Shown here piece by piece: positions 1 through 15,912 of a stretch of DNA of 64,000 nucleotides. This DNA is from Eledone cirrhosa (lineage: Eukaryota): positions 404,240,001 through 404,304,000 of the forward strand of contig OZ024741.1 of NCBI GenBank assembly GCA_964016885.1. The letters run 5' to 3'. Both the position numbers and the translations under genes were made by a program. The first letter of the stretch is position 1. Each line of letters begins with the position of its first letter. The notes beneath the pieces are model-generated. The model was not told where the DNA came from. It saw only the letters and a program-made list of their open reading frames with translations, and did not search any database.

Positions 1-3000
1 GATCTTATATGTATCAGTATGTCCCCTACCATGATCTTATATGTAACAGTATGTCCCCTACCATGATCTTATGTGTAACAGTATGTCCCCTACCATGATC
101 TTATATGTAACAGTATGTCCCCTACCATATATCTTATCTGTAACAGTATGTACCCTACCATGATCTTATATGTAACAGTATGTCCTCTACAATGATCTTA
201 TATGTAACAGTATGTCTCCTACCATATATCTTACATGTAACAGTATGTCCCCTACCATGATCTTATCTTTAACAGTATGTCCCCTGCCATATATTTTATA
301 TGTAACAGTATGTCCCCTACCATATATCTTATATGTAACAGTATGTCCCCTACCATAATCTTATATTTAACAGTATGTACCCTACCATATATCTTACCTG
401 TAACAGTATGTCCCCTACCATATATCTTATATGTAACATTATGTCCCCTACCATGATCTTATATGTAACAGTATGTCCCCTACCATGATCTTATATGTAA
501 CAGTATGTCCCCTACCATATATCTTATATGTAACAGTATGTCTCCTACCATAATCTTATATGTAACAGTATGTCCCCTACCATATATCTTATATGTAACA
601 TTATGCCCCCTACCATGATCTTATATGTAACAGTATGTCTCCTACCATAATCTTATATGTAACAGTATGTCCCCTACCATGATCTTATATGTAACAGTTT
701 GTCCCCTACCATGATCTTATATGTAACAGTATGTCCCCTACCATGATCTTATATGTAACAGTATGTCCCCTACCATAATCTTATATGTAACAGTATGTAC
801 CCTACCATATATCTTACCTGTAACAGTATGTCCCCTACCATATATCTTATATGTAACATTATGTCCCCTACCATGATCTTATATGTAACACTATGTCCCC
901 TACCATGATCTTATATGTAACAGTATGTACCCTACCATATATCTTATATGTAACAGTATGTCCCCTACCATATATCTTACCTGTAACAGTATATCCCCTA
1001 CCATATATCTTATATGTAACAGTATATCCCCTACCATATATCTTATCTATAACAGTATGTCCCCTACCATATATCTTATCTGTAACAGTATGTCCCCTAC
1101 CATATATCTTATCTATAACAGTATGTCCCCTACCATATATCTTATATGTAACAGTATATCCCCTACCATATATCTCATCTATAGCAGTATGTCCCCTACC
1201 ATATATCTTATCTATAACAGTATGTCCCCTACCATATATCTTATATGTAACAGTATGTCCCCTACCGTGATCTAATCTGTAACAGTATGTCCCCTACCAT
1301 GATCTTATATGTAACAGTATGTCCCCTACCATGATCTTATATGTAACAGAATGTCCCCTGCCATGATCTTATATGTAACAGTATGACCCCTACCATAATC
1401 TTATATGTAACAGTATGTCCCCTAACATGATCTTACCTGTAACAGTATGTCCCCTACCATGATCTTATATGTAACAGTATGTCCCCTACCATATATCTTA
1501 TATGTAACAGTATGTCCCCTACCATGATCTTATATGTAACAGTATGTCCCCTACCATATATCTTATATTTAACAGTATGTCCCCTACCATGATCTTATAT
1601 GTAACAGTATGTCCCCTACCATGATCTTATCTGTAACAGTACGTCCCCTACCATGATCTTATATGTAACAGTATGTCCCCTACCATGATCTTATATGTAT
1701 CAGTATGTCCCCTACCATGATCTTACCTGTAACAGTATGTTCCCTACCATGATCTTATCTGTAACAGTATGTCCCCTACCATGATCTTATATGTAACAGT
1801 ATGTCCCCTACCATGATCTTATATGTATCAGTATGTCCCCTACCATGATCTTATATGTAACAGTATGTCCCCTACCATGATCTTATATGTAACAGTATGT
1901 CCCCTACCATGATCTTATATGTAACAGTATGTCCCCTACCATATATCTTATCTGTAACAGTATGTACCCTACCATGATCTTATATGTAACAGTATGTCCT
2001 CTACCATGATCTTATATGTAACAGTATGTCTCCTACCATGATCTTATATGTAACAGTATGTCCCCTACCATATATCTTATATGTAACAGTATGTCCCCTA
2101 CCATGATCTTAAATGTAACAGTATGTCCCCTACCATATATCTTATATGTAACAGTATGTCCCCTACCATGATCTTATCTGTAACAGTATGTCCCCTGCCA
2201 TGATCTTATATGTAACAGTATGTCCCATACAATGATCTAATATGTAACAGTATGTCCCCTACCATGATCTTATATGTAACAGTATGTCCCCTACCATATA
2301 TCTTATATGTAACAGTATGTCCCCTACCATATATCTTATATGTAACAGTATGTCCCCTACCATATATCTTATATGAAACAGTATGTCTCCTACCATGATC
2401 TTATATGTAACAGTATGTCCCCTACCATATATCTTATATGTAACAGTATGTCCCCTACCATGATCTTACCTGTAACAGTATGTCCCCTACCATGATCTTA
2501 TATGTAACAGTATGTCTCCTACCATGATCTTATATGTAACAGTATGTCCCCTACCATGATCTTATCTGTAACAGTATGTCCCCTACCATGATCTTATCTG
2601 TAACAGTATGTCCCCTACCATGATCTTATATGTAACAGTATGTCCCCTACCATGATCTTATCTGTAACAGTATGTCCCCTACCATGATTTATATGTAACA
2701 GTATGTCCCCTTCCATGATCTTATATGTAACAGTATGTCCCCTACCATGATCATATATGTAACAGTATGTCCCCTACCATGATCTTATCTGTAACAGTAT
2801 GTCCCCTACCATGATTATATTTAACAGTATGTTCCCTACCATGATCTTATATGTAACAGTATGTCCCTACCATGATCTTATATGTAACAGTATGTCCCCT
2901 ACCATATATCTTATATGTAACAGTATGTCCCCTACCATATATCTCATATGTAACAGTATGTCCCCTACCATGATCTTATCTGTAACAGTATGTCCCCTAC

Positions 3001-6000
3001 CATGATCTTATACGTAACAGTATGTCCCCTACCATGATCTTAACTGTAACAGTATGTCCCCTACCATGATTTATATGTAACAGTATGTCCCCTTCCATGA
3101 TCTTATATGTAACAGTATGTCCCCTACCATGATCTTATATGTATCAGTATGTCCCCTACCATGATCTTACCTGTAACAGTATGTTCCCTACCATGATCTT
3201 ATCTGTAACAGTATGTCCCCTACCATGATCTTATATGTAACAGTATGTCCCCTACCATGATCTTATATGTATCAGTATGTCCCCTACCATGATCTTATAT
3301 GTAACAGTATGTCCCCTACGATGATCTTATATGTAACAGTATGTCCCCTACCATGATCTTATATGTAACAGTATGTCCCCTACCATATATCTTATCTGTA
3401 ACAGTATGTACCCTACCATGATCTTATATGTAACAGTATGTCCTCTACCATGATCTTATATGTAACAGTATGTCTCCTACCATATATCTTACATGTAACA
3501 GTATGTCCCCTACCATGATCTTATCTTTAACAGTATGTCCCCTGCCATATATTTTATATGTAACAGTATGTCCCCTACCATATATCTTATATGTAACAGT
3601 ATGTCCCCTACCATAATCTTATATTTAACAGTATGTACCCTACCATATATCTTACCTGTAACAGTATGTCCCCTACCATATATCTTATATGTAACATTAT
3701 GTCCCCTACCATGATCTTATCTGTAACAGTATGTCCCCTACCATGATCTTATATGTAACAGTATGTCCCCTACCATATATCTTATATGTAACAGTATGTC
3801 TCCTACCATAATCTTATATGTAACAGTATGTCCCCTACCATATATCTTATATGTAACATTATGCCCCCTACCATGATCTTATATGTAACAGTATGTCTCC
3901 TACCATAATCTTATATGTAACAGTATGTCCCCTACCATGATCTTATATGTAACAGTTTGTCCCCTACCGTGATCTTATATGTAACAGTATGTCCCCTACC
4001 ATGATCTTATATGTAACAGTATGTCCCCTACCATAATCTTATATGTAACAGTATGTACCCTACCATATATCTTACCTGTAGCAGTATGTCCCCTACCATA
4101 TATCTTATATGTAACATTATGTCCCCTACCATGATCTTATATGTAACAGTATGTCCCCTACCATGATCTTATATGTAACAGTATGTCCCCTACCATATAT
4201 CTTATATGTAACAGTATGTCCCCTACCATATATCTTACCTGTAACAGTATATCCCCTACCCTATATCTTATATGTAACAGTATATCCCCTACCATATATC
4301 TTATCTATAACAGTATGTCCCCTACCATATATCTTATCTGTAACAGTATGTCCCCTACCATATATCTTATCTATAACAGTATGTCCCCTACCATATATCT
4401 TATATGTAACAGTATATCCCCTACCATATATCTTATCTATAACAGTATGTCCCCTACCATATATCTTATCTGTAACAGTATGTCCCCTACCATATATCTT
4501 ATCTATAACAGTATCTCCCCTACCATATATCTTATATGTAACAGTATGTCCCCTACCATGATCTAATCTGTAACAGTATGTCCCCTACCATGATCTTATA
4601 TGTAACAGTATGTCCCCTACCATGATCTTATATGTAACAGAATGTCCCCTGCCATGATCTTATATGTAACAGTATGACCCCTACCATAATCTTATATGTA
4701 ACAGTATGTCCCCTAACATGATCTTACCTGTAACAGTATGTCCCCTACCATGATCTTATATGTAACAGTATGTCCCCTACCATATATCTTATATGTAACA
4801 GTATGTCCCCTACCATGATCTTATATGTAACAGTATGTCCCCTACCATATATCTTATATTTAACAGTATGTCCCCTACCATGATCTTATATGTAACAGTA
4901 TGTCCCCTACCATGATCTTATCTGTAACAGTACGTCCCCTACCATGATCTTATATGTAACAGTATGTCCCCTACCATGATCTTATATGTATCAGTATGTC
5001 CCCTACCATGATCTTACCTGTAACAGTATGTTCCCTACCATGATCTTATCTGTAACAGTATGTCCCCTACCATGATCTTATATGTAACAGTATGTCCCCT
5101 ACCATGATCTTATATGTATCAGTATGTCCCCTACCATGATCTTATATGTAACAGTATGTCCCCTACCATGATCTTATATGTAACAGTATGTCCCCTACCA
5201 TGATCTTATATGTAACAGTATGTCCCCTACCATATATCTTATCTGTAACAGTATGTACCCTACCATGATCTTATATGTAACAGTATGTCCTCTACCATGA
5301 TCTTATATGTAACGGTATGTCTCCTACCATATATCTTACATGTAACAGTATGCCCCCTACCATGATCTTATCTTTAACAGTATGTCCCCTACCACATATC
5401 TTATATGTAACAGTTTGTCCCTTACCAAGATCTTAACTGTAACAGTATGTCCCCTACGATGATCTTATATGTAACAGTTTGTCCCCTACCATGATCTTAT
5501 ATGTACCAGTATGTCCCCTACCATGATCTTATATGTAACAGTATGTCCCCTACCATATATCTTACCTGTAACAGTATGTCCCCTACCAAGATCTTATATG
5601 TAACAGTATGTCCCCTACCATGATCTTATATGTAACAGTATGTCCCCTACTATGATCTTATCTGTAACAGTATGTCCCCTACCATATATCTTATATGTAA
5701 CAGTATGTCCCCTACCATGATCTTATATGTAACAGTATGTCCCCTACCATGATCTTATATGTAACAGTATGTCCCCTACCATATATCTTATATGTAACAG
5801 TATGTCTCCTACCATGATCTTATATGTAACAGTATGTCCCCTACCATGATCTTACATGTAACAGTATGTCCCCTACCATATATCTTATATGTAACAGTAT
5901 GTCCCCTACCATATATCTTATATGTAACAGTATGTCCCCTACCATGATCTTATATGTAACAGTATGTCCCCTACCATGATCTTATATGTAACAGTATGTC

Positions 6001-9000
6001 CCCTACCATGATCTTATATGTAACAGTATGTCCCCTACCATGATATTACCTGTAACAGTATGTTCCCTACCATATATCTTATATGTAACAGTATGTCCCC
6101 TACCATATATCTTATATGTAACAGTATGTCTCCTACCATGATCTTATATGTAACAGTATGTCCCCTACCATATATCTTATATGTAACAGTATGTCCCTAC
6201 CATGATCTTACCTGTAACAGTATGTCCCCTACCATGATCTTATATGTAACAGTATGTCTCCTACCATGATCTTATATGTAACAGTATGTCCCCTACCATG
6301 ATCTTATATGTAACAGTATGTCCCCTACCATATATCTTATATGTAACAGTATGTCCCCTACCATGATCTTATATGTAACAGTATGTCCCCTACCATATAT
6401 CTTATATGTAACAGTATGTCCCCTACCGTGATCTTATATGTAACAGTATGTCCCCTACCATGATCTTATATGTAACAGTATGTCCCCTACCATAATCTTA
6501 TATGTAACAGTATGTACCCTACCATATATCTTACCTGTAACAGTATGTCCCCTACCATATATCTTATATGTAACATTATGTCCCCTACCATGATCTTATA
6601 TGTAACAGTATGTCCCCTACCATGATCTTATATGTAACAGTATGTCCCCTACCATATATCTTATATGTAACAGTATGTCCCCTACCATATATCTTATATG
6701 TAACAGTATGTCCCCTACCATATATCTTATATGTAACAGTATGTCTCCTACCATGATCTTATATGTAACAGTATGTCCCCTACCATATATCTTATATGTA
6801 ACAGTATGTCCCCTACCATGATCTTACCTGTAACAGTATGTCCCCTACCATGATCTTATATGTAACAGTATGTCTCCTACCATGATCTTATATGTAACAG
6901 TATGTCCCCTACCATGATCTTATCTGTAACAGTATGTCCCCTACCATGATCTTATCTGTAACAGTATGTCCCCTACCATGATCTTATATGTAACAGTATG
7001 TCCCCTACCATGATCTTATCTGTAACAGTATGTCCCCTACCATGATTATATTTAACAGTATGTTCCCTACCATGATCTTATATGTAACAGTATGTCCCTA
7101 CCATGATCTTATATGTAACAGTATGTCCCCTACCATATATCTTATATGTAACAGTATGTCCCCTACCATATATCTCATATGTAACAGTATGTCCCCTACC
7201 ATGATCTTATCTGTAACAGTATGTCCCCTACCATGATCTTATATGTAACAGTATGTCCCCTACCATGATCTTATCTGTAACAGTATGTCCCCTACCATGA
7301 TTTATATGTAACAGTATGTCCCCTTCCATGATCTTATATGTAACAGTATGTCCCCTACCATGATCATATATGTAACAGTATGTCCCCTACCATGATCTTA
7401 TCTGTAACAGTATGTCCCCTACCATGATTATATGTAACAGTATGTCCCCTACCATGATCTTATCTGTAACAGTATGTCCCGTATAATGATCTTATCTGTA
7501 ACAGTATGTCCCCAACCATGATTATATGTAACAGTATGACCCCTTCCATGATCTTATATGTAACAGTATGTCCCCTACCATATATCTTATGTGTAACAGT
7601 ATGTCCCCTACTATGATCTTATCTGTAACAGTATGTCCCCTACCATATATCTTATATGTAACAGTATGTCCCCTACCATGATCTTATATGTAACAGTATG
7701 TCTCCTACCATATATCTTATATGTAACAGTATGTCCCCTACCATGATCTTATATGTAACAGTATGTCCCCTACCATGATCTTATATGTAACAGTATGTCC
7801 CCTACCATGATCTTATACGTAACAGTATGTCGCCTACCATACATCTTATATGTAACAGTATGTCCCCTACCATGATCTTATATGTAACAGTATGTCCCCT
7901 ACCATGATCTTATATGTAACAGTATGTCCCCTACCATGATCTTATATGTAACAGTATGTCCCCTACCATATATCTTATGTGTAACAGTATGTCCCCTACT
8001 ATGATCTTATCTGTAACAGTATGTCCCCTACCATATATCTTATATGTAACAGTATGTCCCCTACCATGATCTTATATGTAACAGTATGTCTCCTACCATA
8101 TATCTTATATGTAACAGTATGTCCCCTACCATGATCTTATATGTAACAGTATGTCCCCTACCATGATCTTATATGTAACAGTATGTCCCCTACCATGATC
8201 TTATACGTAACAGTATGTCGCCTACCATACATCTTATATGTAACAGTATGTCCCCTACCATGATCTTATATGTAACAGTATGTCCCCTACCATGATCTTA
8301 TATGTAACAGTATGTCCCCTACCATGATCTTATATGTAACAGTATGTCCACTACCATATATCTTATATGCAACAGTATGTCCACTACTTTGATCTTATAT
8401 GTAACAGTATGTCCCCTACCATGATGTTATATGTAACAGTATGATCCCTACCATGATCTTATATGTAACAGTATGTCCCCTACCATGATCTTATATGTAA
8501 CAGTATGTCCCCTACCATGATCTTATATGTAACAGTATGTCCCTACCATGATCTTATATGTAACAGTATGTCCCCTACCATATATCTTATATGTAACAGT
8601 ATGTCCACTACTTTGATCTTATATGTAACAGCATGTCCCCTACCATGATCTTATATGTAACAGTATGTCCTCTACCATGATCTTATATGTAACAGTATGT
8701 CCCCTACCATGATCTTATCTGTAACAGTATGTCCACTACTTTGATCTTATATGTAACAGTATGTCCCCTACCATGATCTTATTTGTAACAGTATGTCCCC
8801 TACCATATATCTTATATGTAACAGTATGTCCCTACCATGATCTTATATGTAACAGTATGTCCCTACCATGATCTTATATGTAACAGTATGTCCCCTACCA
8901 TATATCTTATATGTAACAGTATGTCCACTACTTTGATCTTATATGTAACAGCATGTCCCCTACCATGATCTTATATGTAACAGTATGTCCTCTACCATGA

Positions 9001-12000
9001 TATTACCTGTAACAGTATGTTCCCTACCATATATCTTATATGTAACAGTATGTCCCCTACCATATATCTTATATGTAACAGTATGTCTCCTACCATGATC
9101 TTATATGTAACAGTATGTCCCCTACCATATATCTTATATGTAACAGTATGTCCCTACCATGATCTTACCTGTAACAGTATGTCCCCTACCATGATCTTAT
9201 ATGTAACAGTATGTCTCCTACCATGATCTTATATGTAACAGTATGTCCCCTACCATGATCTTATATGTAACAGTATGTCCCCTACCATATATCTTATATG
9301 TAACAGTATGTCCCCTACCATGATCTTATATGTAACAGTATGTCCCCTACCATATATCTTATATGTAACAGTATGTCCCCTACCGTGATCTTATATGTAA
9401 CAGTATGTCCCCTACCATGATCTTATATGTAACAGTATGTCCCCTACCATAATCTTATATGTAACAGTATGTACCCTACCATATATCTTACCTGTAACAG
9501 TATGTCCCCTACCATATATCTTATATGTAACATTATGTCCCCTACCATGATCTTATATGTAACAGTATGTCCCCTACCATGATCTTATATGTAACAGTAT
9601 GTCCCCTACCATATATCTTATATGTAACAGTATGTCCCCTACCATATATCTTATATGTAACAGTATGTCCCCTACCATATATCTTATATGTAACAGTATG
9701 TCTCCTACCATGATCTTATATGTAACAGTATGTCCCCTACCATATATCTTATATGTAACAGTATGTCCCCTACCATGATCTTACCTGTAACAGTATGTCC
9801 CCTACCATGATCTTATATGTAACAGTATGTCTCCTACCATGATCTTATATGTAACAGTATGTCCCCTACCATGATCTTATCTGTAACAGTATGTCCCCTA
9901 CCATGATCTTATCTGTAACAGTATGTCCCCTACCATGATCTTATATGTAACAGTATGTCCCCTACCATGATCTTATCTGTAACAGTATGTCCCCTACCAT
10001 GATTTATGTGTAACAGTATGTCCCCTTCCATGATCTTATATGTAACAGTATGTCCCCTACCATGATCATATATGTAACAGTATGTCCCCTACCATGATCT
10101 TATCTGTAACAGTATGTCCCCTACCATGATTATATTTAACAGTATGTTCCCTACCATGATCTTATATGTAACAGTATGTCCCTACCATGATCTTATATGT
10201 AACAGTATGTCCCCTACCATATATCTTATATGTAACAGTATGTCCCCTACCATATATCTCATATGTAACAGTATGTCACCTACCATGATCTTATCTGTAA
10301 CAGTATGTCCCCTACCATGATCTTATATGTAACAGTATGTCCCCTACCATGATCTTAACTGTAACAGTATGTCCCCTACCATGATTTATATGTAACAGTA
10401 TGTCCCCTTCCATGATCTTATATGTAACAGTATGTCCCCTACCATGATCATATATGTAACAGTATGTCCCCTACCATGATCTTATCTGTAACAGTATGTC
10501 CCCTACCATGATTATATGTAACAGTATGTCCCCTACCATGATCTTATCTGTAACAGTATGTCCCGTACTATGATCTTATCTGTAACAGTATGTCCCCAAC
10601 CATGATTATATGTAACAGTATGACCCCTTCCATGATCTTATATGTAACAGTATGTCCCCTACCATATATCTTATGTGTAACAGTATGTCCCCTACTATGA
10701 TCTTATCTGTAACAGTATGTCCCCTACCATATATCTTATATGTAACAGTATGTCCCCTACCATGATCTTATATGTAACAGTATGTCTCCTACCATATATC
10801 TTATATGTAACAGTATGTCCCCTACCATGATCTTATATGTAACAGTATGTCCCCTACCATGATCTTATATGTAACAGTATGTCCCCTACCATGATCTTAT
10901 ACGTAACAGTATGTCGCCTACCATACATCTTATATGTAACAGTATGTCCCCTACCATGATCTTATATGTAACAGTATGTCCCCTACCATGATCTTATATG
11001 TAACAGTATGTCCCCTACCATGATCTTATATGTAACAGTATGTCCACTACCATATATCTTATATGCAACAGTATGTCCACTACTTTGATCTTATATGTAA
11101 CAGTATGTCCCCTACCATGATGTTATATGTAACAGTATGATCCCTACCATGATCTTATATGTAACAGTATGTCCCCTACCATGATCTTATATGTAACAGT
11201 ATGTCCCCTACCATGATCTTATATGTAACAGTATGTCCCTACCATGATCTTATATGTAACAGTATGTCCCCTACCATATATCTTATATGTAACAGTATGT
11301 CCACTACTTTGATCTTATATGTAACAGCATGTCCCCTACCATGATCTTATATGTAACAGTATGTCCTCTACCATGATCTTATATGTAACAGTATGTCCCC
11401 TACCATGATCTTATCTGTAACAGTATGTCCACTACTTTGATCTTATATGTAACAGTATGTCCCCTACCATGATCTTATATGTAACAGTATGTCCCCTACC
11501 ATATATCTTATATGTAACAGTATGTCCCTACCATGATCTTATATGTAACAGTATGTCCCTACCATGATCTTATATGTAACAGTATGTCCCCTACCATATA
11601 TCTTATATGTAACAGTATGTCCACTACTTTGATCTTATATGTAACAGCATGTCCCCTACCATGATCTTATATGTAACAGTATGTCCTCTACCATGATATT
11701 ACCTGTAACAGTATGTTCCCTACCATATATCTTATATGTAACAGTATGTCCCCTACCATATATCTTATATGTAACAGTATGTCTCCTACCATGATCTTAT
11801 ATGTAACAGTATGTCCCCTACCATATATCTTATATGTAACAGTATGTCCCTACCATGATCTTACCTGTAACAGTATGTCCCCTACCATGATCTTATATGT
11901 AACAGTATGTCTCCTACCATGATCTTATATGTAACAGTATGTCCCCTACCATGATCTTATATGTAACAGTATGTCCCCTACCATATATCTTATATGTAAC

Positions 12001-14498
12001 AGTATGTCCCCTACCATGATCTTATATGTAACAGTATGTCCCCTACCATATATCTTATATGTAACAGTATGTCCCCTACCGTGATCTTATATGTAACAGT
12101 ATGTCCCCTACCATGATCTTATATGTAACAGTATGTCCCCTACCATAATCTTATATGTAACAGTATGTACCCTACCATATATCTTACCTGTAACAGTATG
12201 TCCCCTACCATATATCTTATATGTAACATTATGTCCCCTACCATGATCTTATATGTAACAGTATGTCCCCTACCATGATCTTATATGTAACAGTATGTCC
12301 CCTACCATATATCTTATATGTAACAGTATGTCCCCTACCATATATCTTATATGTGACAGTATGTCCCCTACCATATATCTTATATGTAACAGTATGTCTC
12401 CTACCATGATCTTATATGTAACAGTATGTCCCCTACCATATATCTTATATGTAACAGTATGTCCCCTACCATGATCTTACCTGTAACAGTATGTCCCCTA
12501 CCATGATCTTATATGTAACAGTATGTCTCCTACCATGATCTTATATGTAACAGTATGTCCCCTACCATGATCTTATCTGTAACAGTATGTCCCCTACCAT
12601 GATCTTATCTGTAACAGTATGTCCCCTACCATGATCTTATATGTAACAGTATGTCCCCTACCATGATCTTATCTGTAACAGTATGTCCCCTACCATGATT
12701 TATGTGTAACAGTATGTCCCCTTCCATGATCTTATATGTAACAGTATGTCCCCTACCATGATCATATATGTAACAGTATGTCCCCTACCATGATCTTATC
12801 TGTAACAGTATGTCCCCTACCATGATTATATTTAACAGTATGTTCCCTACCATGATCTTATATGTAACAGTATGTCCCTACCATGATCTTATATGTAACA
12901 GTATGTCCCCTACCATATATCTTATATGTAACAGTATGTCCCCTACCATATATCTCATATGTAACAGTATGTCCCCTACCATGATCTTATCTGTAACAGT
13001 ATGTCCCCTACCATGATCTTATATGTAACAGTATGTCCCCTACCATGATCTTAACTGTAACAGTATGTCCCCTACCATGATTTATATGTAACAGTATGTC
13101 CCCTTCCATGATCTTATATGTAACAGTATGTCCCCTACCATGATCATATATGTAACAGTATGTCCCCTACCATGATCTTATCTGTAACAGTATGTCCCCT
13201 ACCATGATTATATGTAACAGTATGTCCCCTACCATGATCTTATCTGTAACAGTATGTCCCGTACTATGATCTTATCTGTAACAGTATGTCCCCAACCATG
13301 ATTATATGTAACAGTATGACCCCTTCCATGATCTTATATGTAACAGTATGTCCCCTACCATATATCTTATGTGTAACAGTATGTCCCCTACTATGATCTT
13401 ATCTGTAACAGTATGTCCCCTACCATATATCTTATATGTAACAGTATGTCCCCTACCATGATCTTATATGTAACAGTATGTCTCCTACCATATATCTTAT
13501 ATGTAACAGTATGTCCCCTACCATGATCTTATATGTAACAGTATGTCCCCTACCATGATCTTATATGTAACAGTATGTCCCCTACCATGATCTTATACGT
13601 AACAGTATGTCGCCTACCATACATCTTATATGTAACAGTATGTCCCCTACTATGATCTTATATGTAACAGTATGTCCCCTACCATGATCTTATATGTAAC
13701 AGCATGTCCCCTACCATGATCTTATATGTAACAGTATGTCCACTACCATATATCTTATATGCAACAGTATGTCCACTACTTTGATCTTATATGTAACAGT
13801 ATGTCCCCTACCATGATGTTATATGTAACAGTATGATCCCTACCATGATCTTATATGTAACAGTATGTCCCCTACCATGATCTTATATGTAACAGTATGT
13901 CCCTACCATGATCTTATATGTAACAGTATGTCCCCTACCATATATCTTATATGTAACAGTATGTCCACTACTTTGATCTTATATGTAACAGCATGTCCCC
14001 TACCATGATCTTATATGTAACAGTATGTCCTCTACCATGATCTTATATGTAACAGTATGTCCCCTACCATGATCTTATCTGTAACAGTATGTCCACTACT
14101 TTGATCTTATATGTAACAGTATGTCCCCTACCATGATCTTATATGTAACAGTATGTCCCCTACCATATATCTTATATGTAACAGTATGTCCCCTACCATA
14201 ATCTTATATGTAACAGTATGTCCCCTACCATATATCTTATATGTAACTGTATGTCCCCTACCATGATCTTATATGTAACAGTATGTCCCCTACCATATAT
14301 TTTATATGTAACAGTATGTCCCCTACCATATATCTTATATGTAACAGTATGTCCCCTACCATATATCTTATATGTAACAGTATGTCCCCTACCATGATCT
14401 TATATGTAACAGTATGTCCCCTACCAGGATCTTATATGTAACAGTATGTCCCCTACCATGATCTTATATGTAACAGTATGTCCACTACTTTGATCTTA
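1..14498. repeat. 32/33-bp satellite array, consensus GATCTTATATGTAACAGTATGTCCCCTACCAT (33-bp variant ATATCTT...), roughly 450 monomers, open at the window's left edge
   Basis: Uninterrupted head-to-tail copies from base 1 to ...TCCACTACTTTGATCTTA at ~14498. Variant monomers recur at kb-scale periods. Confidence 0.98.
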
Positions 14499-14602
14499 CT
14501 ACCACAAGTACCATGTCCTCCACAGAATCTACTTTCGTAAGCCACGTGGGGAGGTATAGTCGTATGACCGCCTGTTTGAAATAGTTGCTTAATGCCTGTT
14601 AA

Positions 14603-14604
<2 letters not shown>

Positions 14605-14646
<42 letters not shown>
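14605..14646. repeat. (CT)n microsatellite
   Basis: Direct read of the sequence. Confidence 0.95.
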
Positions 14647-14649
<3 letters not shown>

Positions 14650-14795
14650 GAGATAACTCTTGTGGTAGTCGTAAGGCTGCTGTATTGGTATACTGTGTTC
14701 ACAGGGAGTTTTAAAATCTGGCCGCACCCTACACTTCCATCTAGATACAGATAGAAAGTAGCAGAAGGGAGTTGAGAAAAAGATATAGAGCAGGA

Positions 14796-14948
14796 ATCGA
14801 CCCCAGAAGTAGACTGGTACATTTTTTTATTGACCTCGAATGAATGAAAAACAAAGTTGACCTCGGCGGGATTTGAATTTCAAAGAGCCGAAAATAATAC
14901 CGCAAAGTATTGTATCCGTCGATCTAACAACTCTGAAAATTCACTGCC
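14796..14948 (-). mobile_element. Degenerate tRNA-derived SINE (family A)
   Basis: Matches other copies in the window: ACTGGTAC...TTGACCTCGGCGGGATTTGAA (B box on the - strand). Confidence 0.75.
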
Positions 14949-15576
14949 TTTTTGAAGATGTAGTATTAGGTGTATTCTTTATAATTAATTGGTCATAGTT
15001 TAGAATATCTTTGACAGTTGAGGCTAAACTGGTTATAAGCATCAACACAAATACCACTGCTGTAACATAAAACAGCTTGACTGTTGCATGAAACAACATT
15101 AAAAAAATACCCTCAAACTCCTACTTTCTCCTTACGCCATAGAAGACGCTATGACCACCTTCACCCCAAGTAATACCAATAATGGTAACTATCACTCTAG
15201 TTCCTATTTTGACCGCAAACAGCTGTATCAAACGAATCATACTTTGTTTCCACGAGTTTATGAAGCAACCTCTATATGGTGCCTCAATTGGCTAAAAGTA
15301 CCAGCTAAAACTCCCTTAAATCACCCTCTACACTCTTCAAATATGTTGAACAGTCTATGTAGTATTAGATATATTATGTCTTAAATAAGATGGAATGGTC
15401 ACAGGTCACAGCTAGAAAACTTTTCATCATAGGTCAACAAGATTAATGACCAGAACTAAATACTTATAATAATTCTTCCTCACATTGACACAAGACCTTC
15501 AATTTGCTGAAAGGAAAAATCGATTATATCGAGGTCAGTAATTGATTGCTAACTTATTTATCGATCTCGAAAGAAG

Positions 15577-15793
15577 GGTTTCTGATTTAGGCACAAGGCC
15601 AACAATTTTGGTGGGAAACGGGAAAGTCGATTAAATATACCCCAATGCACTACTGGTAATTTATTTTATCGACCCCTTAAGGATGAGAGTCAAAGCTAAC
15701 ATCGGCGGGATTTGAACTCAGATCGTAAATGGCCGTAACTCTTTGTCGATAAGCACGTTGTTGGATGCTCTACCGATTCTGTCTATCCACCGC
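15577..15793 (-). mobile_element. tRNA-derived SINE (family A), near full length
   Basis: GGCACAAGGCC tail, ATCGACCCC..GGATGA core and GGGATTTGAACTC (B box GAGTTCAAATCC on -). Head ends CTACCGATTCTGTCTATCCACCGC. A further fragment lies at 15486-15572. Confidence 0.88.
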
Positions 15794-15809
15794 TTTTTGA
15801 ACTCAGAAT

Positions 15810-15912
15810 AATGAAACGTAAAGTTGACTCGACGGAATTTGAACAGAGAAAGTAAATTGTCCAAACAACCTCTACACGTTTGGCAGACATTCTACCACTT
15901 CTGTCAATCTAC
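15810..15912 (-). mobile_element. SINE family A 5' fragment running into the 44-bp minisatellite
   Basis: AAAGTTGACTCGACGGAATTTGAAC (B box at 15834-15844 on -), followed at the head position by the first minisatellite unit. Confidence 0.7.

Noticed and set aside
893-13016. ORF-track peptides MSPTIYLICNS.../VTVCPLPYILY...
   Set aside because: They arise only from runs of the 33-bp variant. The 32-bp units introduce stops and frameshifts.
1-14498. 32-33-bp repeats of CRISPR-like length
   Set aside because: The units are directly adjacent with no unique spacers, there are no cas genes, and the context is eukaryotic.
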